A stretch of DNA of 64,000 nucleotides from an uncultured Gemmatimonadales bacterium (lineage in GTDB: Bacteria > Gemmatimonadota > Gemmatimonadetes > Gemmatimonadales > GWC2-71-9), in the NCBI GenBank assembly GCA_963779755.1, contig CAVZZO010000001.1:1-64000 (forward strand), in the 5' to 3' direction. Under the pieces are notes generated by a model. The model saw only the letters and a program-made list of their open reading frames with translations. It did no database searches and was not told the origin of the DNA. Of this stretch, positions 13,467-22,900 are shown piece by piece. A program made the translations under genes and the position numbers. How positions within the stretch are numbered: the first letter of the stretch is position 1; each line of letters begins with the position of its first letter.

Positions 13467-13857
13467 GCGCAGCCTAAGAAGGCAGGGGTTGGCACTCAAG
13501 GGCTGGTTTGCGACACCGAAGGACCGATTTGCGACATAATGAGAACCGGAGTTAATAATGCCGCAGAAAGCTCTCCTAGTGTCCGTGCCGCGACACATTA
13601 AGCGACCAACATGACTCAGTTGACTGTATTCGGAGGAGAACTGCGGATTCCGCCGTAAACCGTCCTCAAGAGAAAGGTCTCAATGTTCGGGGGACTAGTC
13701 ATGAGGTCGCAACCACAGAGAACTGTGGCTCCTCTGCTAAGCGAAGCCCGTCATTCATTACCCAGCTCGCCCACTGGGATTCGCCGAGGCGAGAGCGACC
13801 CTAGTCAAGACTCCAAGGGTACTTGATGGTGGCCGTCGGCCGGATTTCAAGATGCGG

Positions 13858-14165
13858 TCAATCTGCCGCCGGCTTACCGGCCGCTGCGGCTACCCGTACC
13901 GCCCCCAGCGCTCGCAGCGTCGGGAGTATCTCGATCTCCCACTCTCCTTGCCCCCGCTGTTCGTAGCGTTCTTGGACCTCATCCCACTCTGCCACGTCCT
14001 GCCGCTCCACGTCTTCCAACCGGTTGGCCTCTTTCCCGATGTGCTGAATCCACGAGGGGCTGACGTGACGACGGCCAAGGAGCCCAGTCGTCTTGGCGTC
14101 GCAGGGTCGTCCATTGGGGCCCAGGCTCTTGGACTCCGGGTGTCTGGCATACTCACGTACAACCT
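13858..14165 (-). pseudogene. Gene fragment truncated at promoter copy C
   Basis: ..EYARHPESKSLGPNGRPCDAKTTGLLGRRHV..HIGKEANRLE.. looks protein-like but has no own start; resembles the C-terminus of mobile-element PolB-like proteins (recall only). Confidence 0.4.
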
Positions 14166-14178
14166 CCCCTCCCCCGCA

Positions 14179-14251
14179 TTGACGCCCGTCTCTACTTCGG
14201 CATATATTCGGTTCTCGAAGCCGAATATCAACCGAAGCAAGGCAGGTGCCC
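14179..14251 (+). promoter_or_regulatory. Copy C: promoter/operator of the intact mutagenesis operon
   Basis: TTGACG-N18-TATATT; TTCGG-N6-TTCGG-N9-CCGAA-N6-CCGAA overlapping the -10 and start region. Confidence 0.7.
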
Positions 14252-14488
14252 ATGCCCCCCGCTCCCTCCCCCTCCCCCCGCCAGCCCGCTGACCGCCCGA
14301 GTGGGCGGAATGGGCAGAGTGGGCAGAATGGGCTGACGAAAGCCCACCAGATCCGTCACAGGTCGCCGGCGGAGACCAACCACCTAACCTACCACCTGAT
14401 AAGAGTTTGTCCCGAGTGCTCCGGGCCGGTGGTGCGGAACTCCGGCTGCATGCACTGCCTGCAGTGTGGATGGGGGAGATGCGAATGA
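14252..14488 (+). CDS. 78-aa Zn-ribbon protein (copy 2, with a 27-aa in-frame insertion)
   Basis: CPEC-x9-CMHCLQC-x4-C; ATGA coupling to the radical SAM start at 14485. Confidence 0.7.
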   Translation: MPPAPSPSPRQPADRPSGRNGQSGQNGLTKAHQIRHRSPAETNHLTYHLIRVCPECSGPVVRNSGCMHCLQCGWGRCE

Positions 14489-15894
14489 AGGCGGTACGGC
14501 GGTACGGCGGTACGGCGGTAGGGGAGCCGAAGGAAGACTCCCGGGTCGCGGTACGGCGGTACGGCGGTACGGCGGTAGGGGAGCCGAAGGAAGACTCCCG
14601 GGCCGCCAGCCAGCCTGAACCCGATCCGGGTCTCCGCGCAGGGCGCTCCCTGCCGGTCCTGGAAGACGGGAAAGGCGCGCTGGCGGTTCGGAGCGCTTCC
14701 TCGACCCTCTCGACCCCCTCGACCCCCTCGACCCGCCGAAGGGCACTGGGCGAGCAGCTCATGCTCCAACCCGAGTGGACCCCATCAGCCCGCGCCCCCT
14801 GGATCACCCTGGACACGCGCCAGAGAGGCACCCGCTTCCACCAGCTGCCGGTCAGGTCGGTGCTGAACCCGCCCTCCACTACCGGCATGGGCTTCTGGTC
14901 GCTCAATCCCTATGTGGGGTGTGAGTTCGGGTGCTCGTATTGCTATGCGCGGGATACGCATCGGTGGACTGTCGAACGGGCGCATGAGAAGATGCGGCCG
15001 GTCGCAACTGGGGTCGAGGGGGTCGAGGGGGTCGAGGGAGTCGAGCGGATTGCAGCCGAAGGCTCCGAAATGGTCGAGAAGCTCGAGGGGTGCTCGACCT
15101 CGACCCCCTTGACACCCTTGACCCCCTCGACCGAGCTCTTCGAGCACGAGATCCTCGTAAAGACAGGAGCCCCTGAAGCACTACGCCGCTCGCTCGACCC
15201 AGCGAAGCTGGGCGAGGCGAGCCTCGTCATCGGCACCGCCACCGATGCCTATCAGCCCGCCGAACGAAAGTTCCGCATCACTCGGCAAATTTTGGAGGCG
15301 CTGACGCATTACCGCGGGCTCTCCATCGGGCTCATCACCAAGTCGCCCCTGATCACGAGAGACCTGGATCTGCTGCAGCAGCTGTCGCAGATCCATGAGG
15401 TGAGCGTCAATATCTCGATCGCCACGCTGGACGCGAAGCTGGCCCGCCGTCTGGAGCGCCGCTCGCCGGTGCCGCGGGCCCGGCTCAAAGCACTCAAGAA
15501 GCTCACCGACGGCGGCATCCACGCCGGCGTCCTCATCGCGCCCATCCTCCCCGGCATCACCGACAGCACCCCCGCCCTGCGCGCCCTGATGCGCTCGGCG
15601 AAGGCGGCCGGCGCGTGCTACGTAGCGGGCTCGCCACTCCGGCTGGGGGAATCGATCCGGCAGATGTTCTTCCCCATGCTGGAACGGGAGTTCCCCCACC
15701 TGGTGGAGCGCTACCGGCGCCACTTCGCGGGGAGAGACTACGTGGCGAAGTCGTACCAGCAGGCGCTGATGGAAAGGCTGCGGGGGCTGCAGGAGGAACT
15801 GGGCTTCCCCGTGGCGGAGAGCCGACGCAGGCGGGAACAACTCGAGGGCCGCCGCCGGCGGGAAACCAGAGATCACCAACACAGCATGATCTAG
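14485..15894 (+). CDS. Radical SAM protein, SplB-like/Rv2578c-type (DNA-repair associated), with repeat-derived insertions
   Basis: SLNPYVGCEFGCSYCYAR (CxxxCxxC), IGTATDAYQPAE, ITKSPLITRDLD, APILPGITD. Confidence 0.9.
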   Translation: MKAVRRYGGTAVGEPKEDSRVAVRRYGGTAVGEPKEDSRAASQPEPDPGLRAGRSLPVLEDGKGALAVRSASSTLSTPSTPSTRRRALGEQLMLQPEWTPSARAPWITLDTRQRGTRFHQLPVRSVLNPPSTTGMGFWSLNPYVGCEFGCSYCYARDTHRWTVERAHEKMRPVATGVEGVEGVEGVERIAAEGSEMVEKLEGCSTSTPLTPLTPSTELFEHEILVKTGAPEALRRSLDPAKLGEASLVIGTATDAYQPAERKFRITRQILEALTHYRGLSIGLITKSPLITRDLDLLQQLSQIHEVSVNISIATLDAKLARRLERRSPVPRARLKALKKLTDGGIHAGVLIAPILPGITDSTPALRALMRSAKAAGACYVAGSPLRLGESIRQMFFPMLEREFPHLVERYRRHFAGRDYVAKSYQQALMERLRGLQEELGFPVAESRRRREQLEGRRRRETRDHQHSMI

Positions 15895-15896
15895 TC

Positions 15897-16397
15897 AACT
15901 GCAAACCGCGAAGACGCAAAGAACCGCAAAGAGCGCGAAGAAAGACTTTTTTTGAAAACAGCAAAAAGAAATCGCAGTTCTTCGCGTGCCTTCGCGTCTT
16001 CGCGGTTAGCAGTTCCGATCGCATAGAATGCTCCGATCTGTCCTTAACCGGGACTACGTAACACCGTCATATCAGCAGGCGCTGATGGAAAAGGCTGCGG
16101 GCGCTGCAGGAAGAACTGGGCTTCCCCGTGGCGGAGAGCCGACGCCGCCGGGAGCAGCTGGAAGGCCGCCGGCGACGAGAAACCAGAGATCACCAGACCT
16201 GTATGATTTAGTAACTGCTTAACCGCGAAGACGCGAAGGACGCTAAGGAACGCGAAGAAAGGCCTTTGTAAACTGCAAACCGCGAAGACGCGAAGGACGC
16301 AAAGAGCCGCGAAGAAAAAGCTTTGTGAAAAAAACACCAAAAAACAGCTGTTCTTTGCGACCTTCGCGCCCCTTCGCGTCTTCGCGGTTAGGCAGTT
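15897..16397. repeat. Two ACCGCGAAGACGCGAAG-type hairpins flanking a duplicated gene junction
   Basis: AACTGC-N-ACCGCGAAGACGC..A-rich loop..CTTCGCGTCTTCGCGGTT-N-GCAGTT at 15897-16014 and 16213-16397. Confidence 0.85.
16028..16211 (+). pseudogene. Chimeric remnant: imuB start (MLRSVL) fused to a diverged copy of the radical SAM 3' end
   Basis: 16052-16211 parallels 15736-15894; 16028-16045 parallels 16411-16428. Confidence 0.8.
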
Positions 16398-16410
16398 CCG
16401 ATCTTATTGA

Positions 16411-17709
16411 ATGCTCAGATCTGTTCTCTTTATCGACCCGCCCGCGTTCTGCACCACCGTCGAGGAACTGGTGGCGCCGGCGCTGCGCGCCCGGCCCATC
16501 GTGGTCGCGCCGCCGGGGGCCGACCGCGCCCTCGTCCTGGCGCTCTCCGCCGAGGCGGAACGGGCGGGGATCACGCGGGGGATGGCGCTCAGGCAGGCCC
16601 GGAAACGCTGCCCCGACCTGGTGATCCTCCCGCCCAATCCCCGCCTCTACGCCCGCGCGTCCCGCGCGCTGCACCAGGTGCTGGCCCGCTATGCGCCCAT
16701 CATCGAGCCGCGCTGGTACGGCCACGCCTTCCTCGACCTCACCGGCACCGGCCGGCTCTTCGGCCCGGCGGTGGATGTGGCGGAGAGGATCCGGAGGGAG
16801 GCGGGCGAGAAGCTGCGGCTGCCGCTTTATGTAGGAGTTGCCGGGAATAAGCTCGTCAGTGAAGCATCGGTACGGGCGGTACGGCGGTACGGCGGTATGG
16901 CGGTAGCCGAGCGAACCTCGAGCTCCGGTTCCCCCTTCCCAACAGGGAAGGGGGACAGGGGGTTAGGTCGAGGAGGACGGCAGGACGGCAAGACGGCAGG
17001 ACGGCAGGAGCTGTTTGCGGTACCGAGTGGCGACGAGGCGCAGTTCCTCGCGCCGCACCCGACGCCGGTGCTTCCCGACGTGCCGGAAAAGCTCCGCATC
17101 CGCCTGGAGGAATACCAGCTCGACCTGATCGGCGAGATCGCATCACTCACCGAGCCGCAGATCGGGTCGGTGCTGGGAACGCCCGGCATCCGGCTGCTCT
17201 ACCACGCGCGCGGCATCGACCCTCGGCCGGTGCTGCCGCCGGCGGTCAAAGCCGAATTCCAGATCCAGCACACCCTGGCGACGGACACCAACGACCTGGG
17301 ACACCTGCACACGCTGCTCCGCCGGATGACCGAGCGGCTGGGCCGCCGGCTGCGCCGGCGCGGGCTCTCCGCCGGCCGGCTCAGTGTCACCGTCACCTGG
17401 AGCGACTACAAGGACGCGAGCCGGGGGGTCCCGCTGGCGCCCGCGATGCTGGATGTGGAACTGTGGAACGCCGCGCGACGCGCGTTCACCCTGGCCTGCG
17501 TGCGGCCCGTGTCGGTGCGGATGCTGGGGGTGAGGGTGGATCGGCTGACGGAGTCTGATGTGCAACTCGACCTCTGGCGCGATCGGGAAGAGGTCGAGGG
17601 GGTCGAGAAGGTCGAGAGGGTCGAGGTCGAAAAAACCCGGAGCCTCCAGCGCGCGGTGGACCGGATCCACCGCCGCTGGGGCGAGCGGAGCCTCCTGAGC
17701 CGGGTTTAA
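16411..17709 (+). CDS. imuB: Catalytically inactive Y-family polymerase (ImuB-like)
   Basis: DinB-like fold, but motif I reads FIDPPAF and the SxDE catalytic motif is replaced by WYGHAFLD; clamp motif QLDLW; upstream of dnaE2. Confidence 0.85.
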   Translation: MLRSVLFIDPPAFCTTVEELVAPALRARPIVVAPPGADRALVLALSAEAERAGITRGMALRQARKRCPDLVILPPNPRLYARASRALHQVLARYAPIIEPRWYGHAFLDLTGTGRLFGPAVDVAERIRREAGEKLRLPLYVGVAGNKLVSEASVRAVRRYGGMAVAERTSSSGSPFPTGKGDRGLGRGGRQDGKTAGRQELFAVPSGDEAQFLAPHPTPVLPDVPEKLRIRLEEYQLDLIGEIASLTEPQIGSVLGTPGIRLLYHARGIDPRPVLPPAVKAEFQIQHTLATDTNDLGHLHTLLRRMTERLGRRLRRRGLSAGRLSVTVTWSDYKDASRGVPLAPAMLDVELWNAARRAFTLACVRPVSVRMLGVRVDRLTESDVQLDLWRDREEVEGVEKVERVEVEKTRSLQRAVDRIHRRWGERSLLSRV

Positions 17710-17714
17710 CTCCG

Positions 17715-17960
17715 AACTGCTAACCGCGAAGGCGCGAAGGGCGCCAAGAGCCGCGAAGAAAAAGCTTTGTGAAAAAACAAAAAACAGCTGTTCTTTGCGT
17801 ACTTCGCGCCCCTTCCGTCTTCGCGGTGAAGCTGTTGCCCGATAACCGCGAAAACCCGAAGAGTGCGAAGGACGCCAAGAAATACATTTGTGAAAAACAA
17901 CAAAACAGCAGTTCTTCGCGTATCTTTGCGTCCCTTGGCGCCTTCGCGGTTAGCTGTTGC
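17715..17960. repeat. Two ACCGCGAAG-type hairpins between convergent genes
   Basis: Arms AACCGCGAAG.. / ..CTTCGCGGT at 17722-17828 and 17844-17951. Confidence 0.8.
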
Positions 17961-17962
17961 AG

Positions 17963-18937
17963 TTACCAGACCAGGACGATCTTGCCGAACCCCTCGTTCT
18001 TCTCCATGGCCTCATGAGCTCTTCGCAACTCCGTCATCGGAAAGACCGACCCCACCACTGGATGCAGCTTCCCGGCGACGAACAACGGGATCATCTCGTC
18101 CGCGAAGGTGATGCACAGGGGAATCCGCTCCTCCAGCCCCCGCGAGCGCATGACGGTGCCGATGATCTCCAGCCGCTTCTGCAGCACGGGCGCCAGGTCC
18201 AGCCCGTCCGCCTTCGCCCCCTGGAGGAACCCCAGCAGCACCAGCCGGCCCCGGGGCGCCAGGACAGCGAGGTTGTCGGCCAGCGCGGGGCCGCCCAGGG
18301 CGTCCACGATGACATCGACCGGGTCGCCCACGGCCTCGCGGAAGCTGCCCCCGACCCGGCTGGTATCAATGCCCACGTCGAGCCCCAGTTCGCGGCAGCG
18401 CTCCAGCTTGGAGGCGGTGCGCGAGGTGCCCAGCACCGTGGCGCCCTGGTGCTTCGCGATCTGGATGGCGGCGGTGCCGACCCCGCCGGTCACCGCATGC
18501 CAGAGGAGCCGCTCGCCCGATTGCAGCCGGGCACGGGTGACCAGCGCGTCGTACGCGGTGAGAAAGGCCTCGGGGATGGCGGCGGCCTCGGTGGCGTCGA
18601 GGCTCCGGGGCACGACGATGGTTTCATCTTCGTGGACCACGACATATTCGGCGTGGCCCCCGCCGCCCACCAGGCCCATGACCCGCTCGCCCTTCCGGCG
18701 GCGGATGGCGCCCCGGCCCACGGCATCCACTACCCCGGCGTATTCCAGCCCGGGGACGTCGGCTGGCCAGCCGGGAGGCGCCGGGTAATGGCCCTTCCGC
18801 TGGAGGATATCGGCCCGGTTCAGGCCGGCGGCCTGCACCCGCACCCGGATCTGCCCCGGCCCGGGTTCGGGGGTGGGGACTTCCTTGATCTCGATGACCT
18901 CCGGCCCACCCGGAGCGGTATAGATCGCGGCACGCAT
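17963..18937 (-). CDS. NAD(P)H-quinone oxidoreductase (zeta-crystallin/MDR family)
   Basis: AAGLNRADILQRKGHYP, PGLEYAG, AAIPEAFLTAY, GGVGTAAIQ, GKIVL. Confidence 0.9.
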   Translation of the reverse strand: MRAAIYTAPGGPEVIEIKEVPTPEPGPGQIRVRVQAAGLNRADILQRKGHYPAPPGWPADVPGLEYAGVVDAVGRGAIRRRKGERVMGLVGGGGHAEYVVVHEDETIVVPRSLDATEAAAIPEAFLTAYDALVTRARLQSGERLLWHAVTGGVGTAAIQIAKHQGATVLGTSRTASKLERCRELGLDVGIDTSRVGGSFREAVGDPVDVIVDALGGPALADNLAVLAPRGRLVLLGFLQGAKADGLDLAPVLQKRLEIIGTVMRSRGLEERIPLCITFADEMIPLFVAGKLHPVVGSVFPMTELRRAHEAMEKNEGFGKIVLVW

Positions 18938-18942
18938 AAGGA

Positions 18943-19240
18943 ACAAGCTAACCGCGAAGACGCGAAGGGCGCCAAGGAACGCGAAGAAGAGAATCTTTCG
19001 TAACTGCGACCGCGAAGACGCGAAGAGCGCGAAGGAACGCGAAGAAGAGAATCTTTCGCAACTGCGACCGCGAAGGCGCGAAGGGCGCCAAGGAACGCGA
19101 AGAAGAGAATCTCATTGTAACTGCGACCGTGAAGACGCGAAGAGCGTGAAGATCGCGAAGAACAACTTTGTGAAAAACAAAAAGAAATAGCAGTTCTTTG
19201 CGTGTCTTCGCGTCCTTTGCGTCTTCGCGGTTGCTGTTAA
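18943..19240. repeat. Tandem array of about 58-bp ACCGCGAAG units closed by an inverted arm
   Basis: Units ACCGCGAAGACGCGAAG..GGAACGCGAAGAAGAGAATCT..AACTGCG repeated 3 times plus a partial fourth, then ..CTTCGCGGTT. Confidence 0.85.
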
Positions 19241-19256
19241 CTGACGAGCCTTAGCC

Positions 19257-19793
19257 ATGATGACATACTGTGCAATCGCGCCGGGGCATCCCTATCACGG
19301 CCCCTATCACGATACCGAGTACGGCTTCCCGCTCACCGGCGACGCGGAGCTGTTCGAGCGGCTCATGCTGGAGGTGAACCAGGCAGGGCTATCCTGGCTC
19401 ACCATTCTCAAGAAGCGCGACGCCTTCCGCCGCGCCTACAGGAAGTTCGACCCAGCGGCGGTGGCCCGCTTCGGCGCGAAGGACCGGCGCCGGCTGCTGA
19501 TGGATGCCGGGATCATCCGCAACCGGCTCAAGATCGACGCCGCGATCCACAACGCGCAGGTGATCCTCGACCTGCGCGAGATCCACGGGACCTTCAAGGG
19601 CTGGCTCGACGCGCACCACCCGCGGCCGAAGGAGGAGTGGGTGAAACTGTTCAAGAAGACCTTTCGCTTCACCGGCGGGGAGATCGTGGGGGAGTTCCTG
19701 CTCAGCACCGGCTATCTCCCCGGAGCGCACGAGGAGTCGTGCCCGGTGTACCGCCGCGTGCTGCGTTCGAGGCCGCCCTGGACTCGTAAGTGA
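19257..19793 (+). CDS. tag: DNA-3-methyladenine glycosylase I
   Basis: YHDTEYG, LFERLMLEVNQAGLSWLTILKKR, IIRNRLKIDA, FRFTG. Confidence 0.92.
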   Translation: MMTYCAIAPGHPYHGPYHDTEYGFPLTGDAELFERLMLEVNQAGLSWLTILKKRDAFRRAYRKFDPAAVARFGAKDRRRLLMDAGIIRNRLKIDAAIHNAQVILDLREIHGTFKGWLDAHHPRPKEEWVKLFKKTFRFTGGEIVGEFLLSTGYLPGAHEESCPVYRRVLRSRPPWTRK

Positions 19794-19961
19794 AACCGCG
19801 AAGACGCTAAAAGACGCTAAGAAAATCAAGAAGTCGTTTACCGCGAAGACGCGAAGGGGCGCGAAGGGGCGCGAAGGGGCGCGAAGAAATACTTTGTTGA
19901 AAACAAGAAAAGAAGAAGCAGTTCTTTGCGTATCTTCGCATCCTTCGCGTCTTCGCGGTTG
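19793..19961. repeat. ACCGCGAAG-type hairpin directly before dnaE2
   Basis: AACCGCGAAGACGC..CTTCGCGTCTTCGCGGTT, with an internal (GCGAAGGGGC)n expansion. Confidence 0.8.
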
Positions 19962-19971
19962 ATAGAGATCC

Positions 19972-22900
19972 ATGTTTGTACACCTGCATTGTCACTCCCA
20001 CTTCTCCTTCGGGGCAGGGACGTCCAGCCCCGAGGCGCTGGTGGCGGCCGCCGCCGAGCGCGGGTTCACCGCCCTCGCCTGCACCGACACCAACGGCGTC
20101 TACGGCGCGGTGGAGTTCCAGCAAGCCGCCCTGGAGGCGGGGGTACGGCCGATCCTGGGCGCGCACCTGGAGCATGAGGGGCAGGAGTGTGTGGTGCTCG
20201 CGCTCGACGAGATCGGATGGGGGGCGTTGTGTCGTGCCGTTACGGGGATCCAGTGGGCCCAGGCAGGACGGCAGGTGGAACAGCAGGATCGAACCTTGGC
20301 GTCCGGTCCCCCCTTCCCAATAGGGAAGGGGGACAGGGGGTTAGGTCGGCGGGAAGGCGGGAAGGCTGGCAGGCGGGAGGTGGAACAGCCGGCTCCCTTC
20401 GCTCTTTCGGCCCAGATGGCGACCGATCGCGCCGGCTTGGCCGTGCTGTCGAGAGATATCTCCTTCCTCGAGCGGGTGGTGAAACTCTCGGGTCCCGACG
20501 GCATTTACGCCGAGCTGGTGCCGGGCAAGGAGCGCCACGCCGTGCTCGCCGCCGCTCGGCGGCTGGGGATTCCGGTGGTCGCCACCAATGCCGTGATGAT
20601 GGCGCATCCGGAGGAGTGGTCGAGGCATCGCCTTCTCCGCGCCATCTCATCCAATACCGCCGTTACCGCCGTTACCGCCGCTACCGCCCCGCGCGACGCC
20701 TGGTTGAGGCCCGAGCCCGACCTTGCACGATTCTTTCCTGACGCACCGGAAGCGCTGACGAATGCCGCGCGGATCGCCGACCGCTGCCGCTACCGCATCC
20801 CCATCGGCCGGATCGTGCCGCCCAGGCTGGCGGCGGACCAGGACGCGCACGCCCAGTTGCGCTCGCTCACCTACGAGGGAGCCCTCCGGCGTTACGGCAC
20901 CGTCGCCCCGCTGGTGCGCGACCGGATCGAGCACGAGCTGCGCATCATCGGCATGAAAGGCTTCGCCGATTACTTCCTGGTGGTGCGCGACATCATCCAG
21001 CACGGCCCCACCCACTGCGGCCGCGGCTCGGTGGCCAATTCGGTGGTCAGCTACTGCCTGGGCATCACCCATGTGGAGCCGCTGGGAGCGGGGCTCCTGT
21101 TCGAGCGGTTTCTCAATCCGGAACGCAAAGATCCGCCCGATATCGACCTCGATTTTCCCTGGGACGAGCGCGACAAGGTGCTGGCCTACGTGTTCCAGCG
21201 CTACCCCCGTCCCCGCGCGGCCATGGTGGCGAACCACAACTGCTTCCGGCTACGCGGCGCGCTGCGCGAGGTGGCCAAGGTGCACGGCCGGCCTCCGGGC
21301 GAGATCCGCGAGGTGACCCGCCGCATCCCCTGGTACAGCGACGACGAGTCGCTGGGCGACCTGCTCATGAAGCATCCCAACTACCGGGGGCTGGATCTGC
21401 CCGAGGTCTGGCGCGATCTGGCCAGGATGGCCGAGCCTCTGGTGGGGATCCCCCGGCACCTCTCACTCCATCCCGGCGGGGTGGTGATCGTCCCCGGCAC
21501 GCTCACCGATTACGTGCCGCTGGAGCCGGCGGTGAAGACGCTGGACGGGTTTCCTGACGTGACCGTGCCGGTGATCCAGTTCGAGAAGGATGGGGCGGAA
21601 GACGCCGGGCTGGTGAAGATCGATCTCCTGGGGAACCGCTCGCTGGCGGTGATCCGTGACGCGATCGCCATGGTGAAGGAGAACACCGGCAAGGAGATCG
21701 ACTACACCCGGGGTGACGCGGGCGACGATCCCGCCACCCGGGCGCTGTTCCGTCAGGGGAAGACCATGGGGGTGTTCTACACCGAGTCGCCGGCCTCGCG
21801 CCTGCTCTGCCAGAAGAGCAAGGCGGAGACGTTCGACCTCCTGGTGCTCAACACCAGCATCATCCGGCCGGCGTCCAACCGGTTCATCCGGGTCTATCTC
21901 GAGCGGCTGCACGGCTCTCCCTGGGAGCCGCTGGATCTCTGCCTGCGCGACGTGCTGAGCGACACCTTCGGCGTCATGGTCTATCAGGAGGACGTGGTGA
22001 ACGTCTGCGCCGTTTTCGCCGGCATGCCGCTCGCCACCGGCGACGGGCTGCGCAAGGCGCTCAGCAAGAAACGGCCGGTGAAGCAGCTCGCCGCCTATGC
22101 CGGGGAGTTCTTCGCCGGAGCGGAGGCGCTGGGCCGGAACCCGGAAACGGCGGCGAAGGTGTGGGAGATGATCATGTCCTTCGCCGGTTACAGCTTCTGC
22201 AAGGGGCACTCCTGTTCCTATATCCAGGTGGCGCAGCAGTCGTGCTATCTCCGGGCCAACCATCCCGCCGAGTTCTTCGCCGCCGTGCTGTCGAACGGGG
22301 GCGGGTTCTATCACCCCTTTGCCTATATCGCCGAGGCAATGCGGGAAGGAATCACCATCCTGCCGCCGGATGTGAATGAGAGCCAGGAGCGGTGCACCGG
22401 GCGGGGGCGTGAATTGCGGGTAGGGCTCCAGTTCGTGAAGGGGCTCGGTGCGGAGGCGAGGGAGCGGATTGTCGGAGGACGGCAGGACGGCCCTAAAGGA
22501 CTTCCTCGCGGCCTCATTCGTGGGCCGCTCGGTCGCCAGACGGCAGGACGGCAGGTAGGACGGCAAGACGGCAGGACGGTAAGACGGCAGGAGGAGCATC
22601 CCTATGCATCGCTTGCGGATTTCCGATCACGCACCAGGATAGCGGACGATGATCTCCGGATTCTGATCAAGGTGGGAGCGCTGGATTCCATCGCGAATGG
22701 GCTTACCCGCCCGATGATGCTCTGGGCGGTGGATTCTATCGGTGCAAAGAGTGACCAGGATGGGCAACTGTCGCTCGGCTCCGACCACTTGCCGCCCTGC
22801 CGTCCTGCCGCCTTGCCGCCTTTGAAAGAGTACACGGAGCCCCGCAAGCGCCGGGAACAATACGAGCTCCTGGAATTCAATACAGATGTACACCCCATGT

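Noticed and set aside
13467..13850. Gene or ncRNA in the lower-GC stretch beside IS30
   Set aside because: No convincing ORF or recognisable structure; likely the displaced upstream region of the lipoprotein cassette.
7551..14251. Integron attC array
   Set aside because: The repeats lack RYYYAAC/GTTRRRY ends, include promoter boxes, and no IntI is present.
15736..16211. Diversity-generating retroelement TR/VR pair
   Set aside because: Differences are not adenine-specific and no reverse transcriptase is present.
16411..17709. Active DNA polymerase IV (dinB)
   Set aside because: The catalytic SxDE acidic pair is missing.
18943..19240. CRISPR array
   Set aside because: Units repeat along their whole length with no unique spacers, and there are no cas genes in the window.
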